DNA of 61,717 bases from Oscillospiraceae bacterium (lineage in GTDB: Bacteria > Bacillota > Clostridia > Oscillospirales > Oscillospiraceae): NCBI GenBank assembly GCA_017455015.1, contig JAFTBW010000073.1, forward strand, positions 1 through 61,717, in the 5' to 3' direction. The notes beneath the pieces are model-generated. The model was given only the letters and a program-made list of their open reading frames with translations. It was not told the origin of the DNA and did not search any database. A program made the translations under genes and the position numbers. Positions 61,519 to 61,717 of the stretch are shown here, one piece after another. Within the stretch, counting starts at the first letter, position 1, and every line of letters begins with the position of its first letter.

Positions 61519-61717
61519 CGTAGGAGCATCGCCGGAGGGCTGGGAGGTGGATGACCTCACCCACCACCGGCCCGTAGGGCCGGCGGTCCCCCCACAAGGG
61601 GACCCCGGCGTGGCCCAGCGAAGCGGGCACGCTGGGGAAAAGGAAGAAGGAGCCAACGGATATGCAGCTTGCGCCGCCAGGCGGAAGCGGAATGGAGTTG
61701 GCTTCTTCTGACGCGGG

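Noticed and set aside
58945-61656. 903-aa ORF on the minus strand spanning ilvB-ilvN
   Set aside because: It is antisense to two strongly supported genes. Its composition is Gly/Ala/Arg/Pro/His-rich and low in complexity, as is typical of shadow frames in high-GC DNA. It has no RBS and no recognisable motif.

Overview
High-GC (about 60-65% by eye) chromosomal segment. Gene content (spoIID, ymdB, GGAGG ribosome-binding sites, archaeal-type proS) points to a high-GC Clostridia/Oscillospirales-like Firmicute; this taxon call is an inference. The coding content is almost entirely housekeeping. It includes prfA and a TsaC-CoaE fusion, and a minus-strand lipid/C1 gene string (UPF0104 membrane protein-pssA-psd-fhs-fchA-folD). 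There is a complete nine-gene shikimate/aromatic amino-acid operon (GNAT-pheA-aroB-aroC-aroE/K-aroQ-aroA-tyrA-DAHP synthase). Other genes are ymdB, rmuC, spoIID, dapF, rpmE, a NuoE/NuoF/GltD-like three-subunit flavin oxidoreductase (Stn/Bfu type), MATE, mobB, a 1198-aa hybrid histidine kinase and moaC. Also present are a frameshifted MFS transporter, a GH2-GH78-GT1 glycoside cluster, proS, a URO-D-type methyltransferase with a RACo-like activase and a DUF2284 protein, a LysR and an XRE regulator, bioY-birA and ilvBN. I found no rRNA, tRNA, CRISPR, transposase, integrase or recognisable defence genes. The unusual content is non-coding: at least four families of structured intergenic repeats. 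The most striking is a ~163-bp rod-like hairpin element present 8 times, with a sequence-conserved core and compensatory changes in its stem. I also found a Phe-rich leader ORF plus intrinsic terminator in front of the aromatic operon, and a low-GC islet with an orphan consensus promoter divergent from the XRE gene. Most long ORFs opposite the listed genes are high-GC shadow ORFs. All coordinates and alignments were worked out by eye from the sequence and the ORF track. No database search was run.
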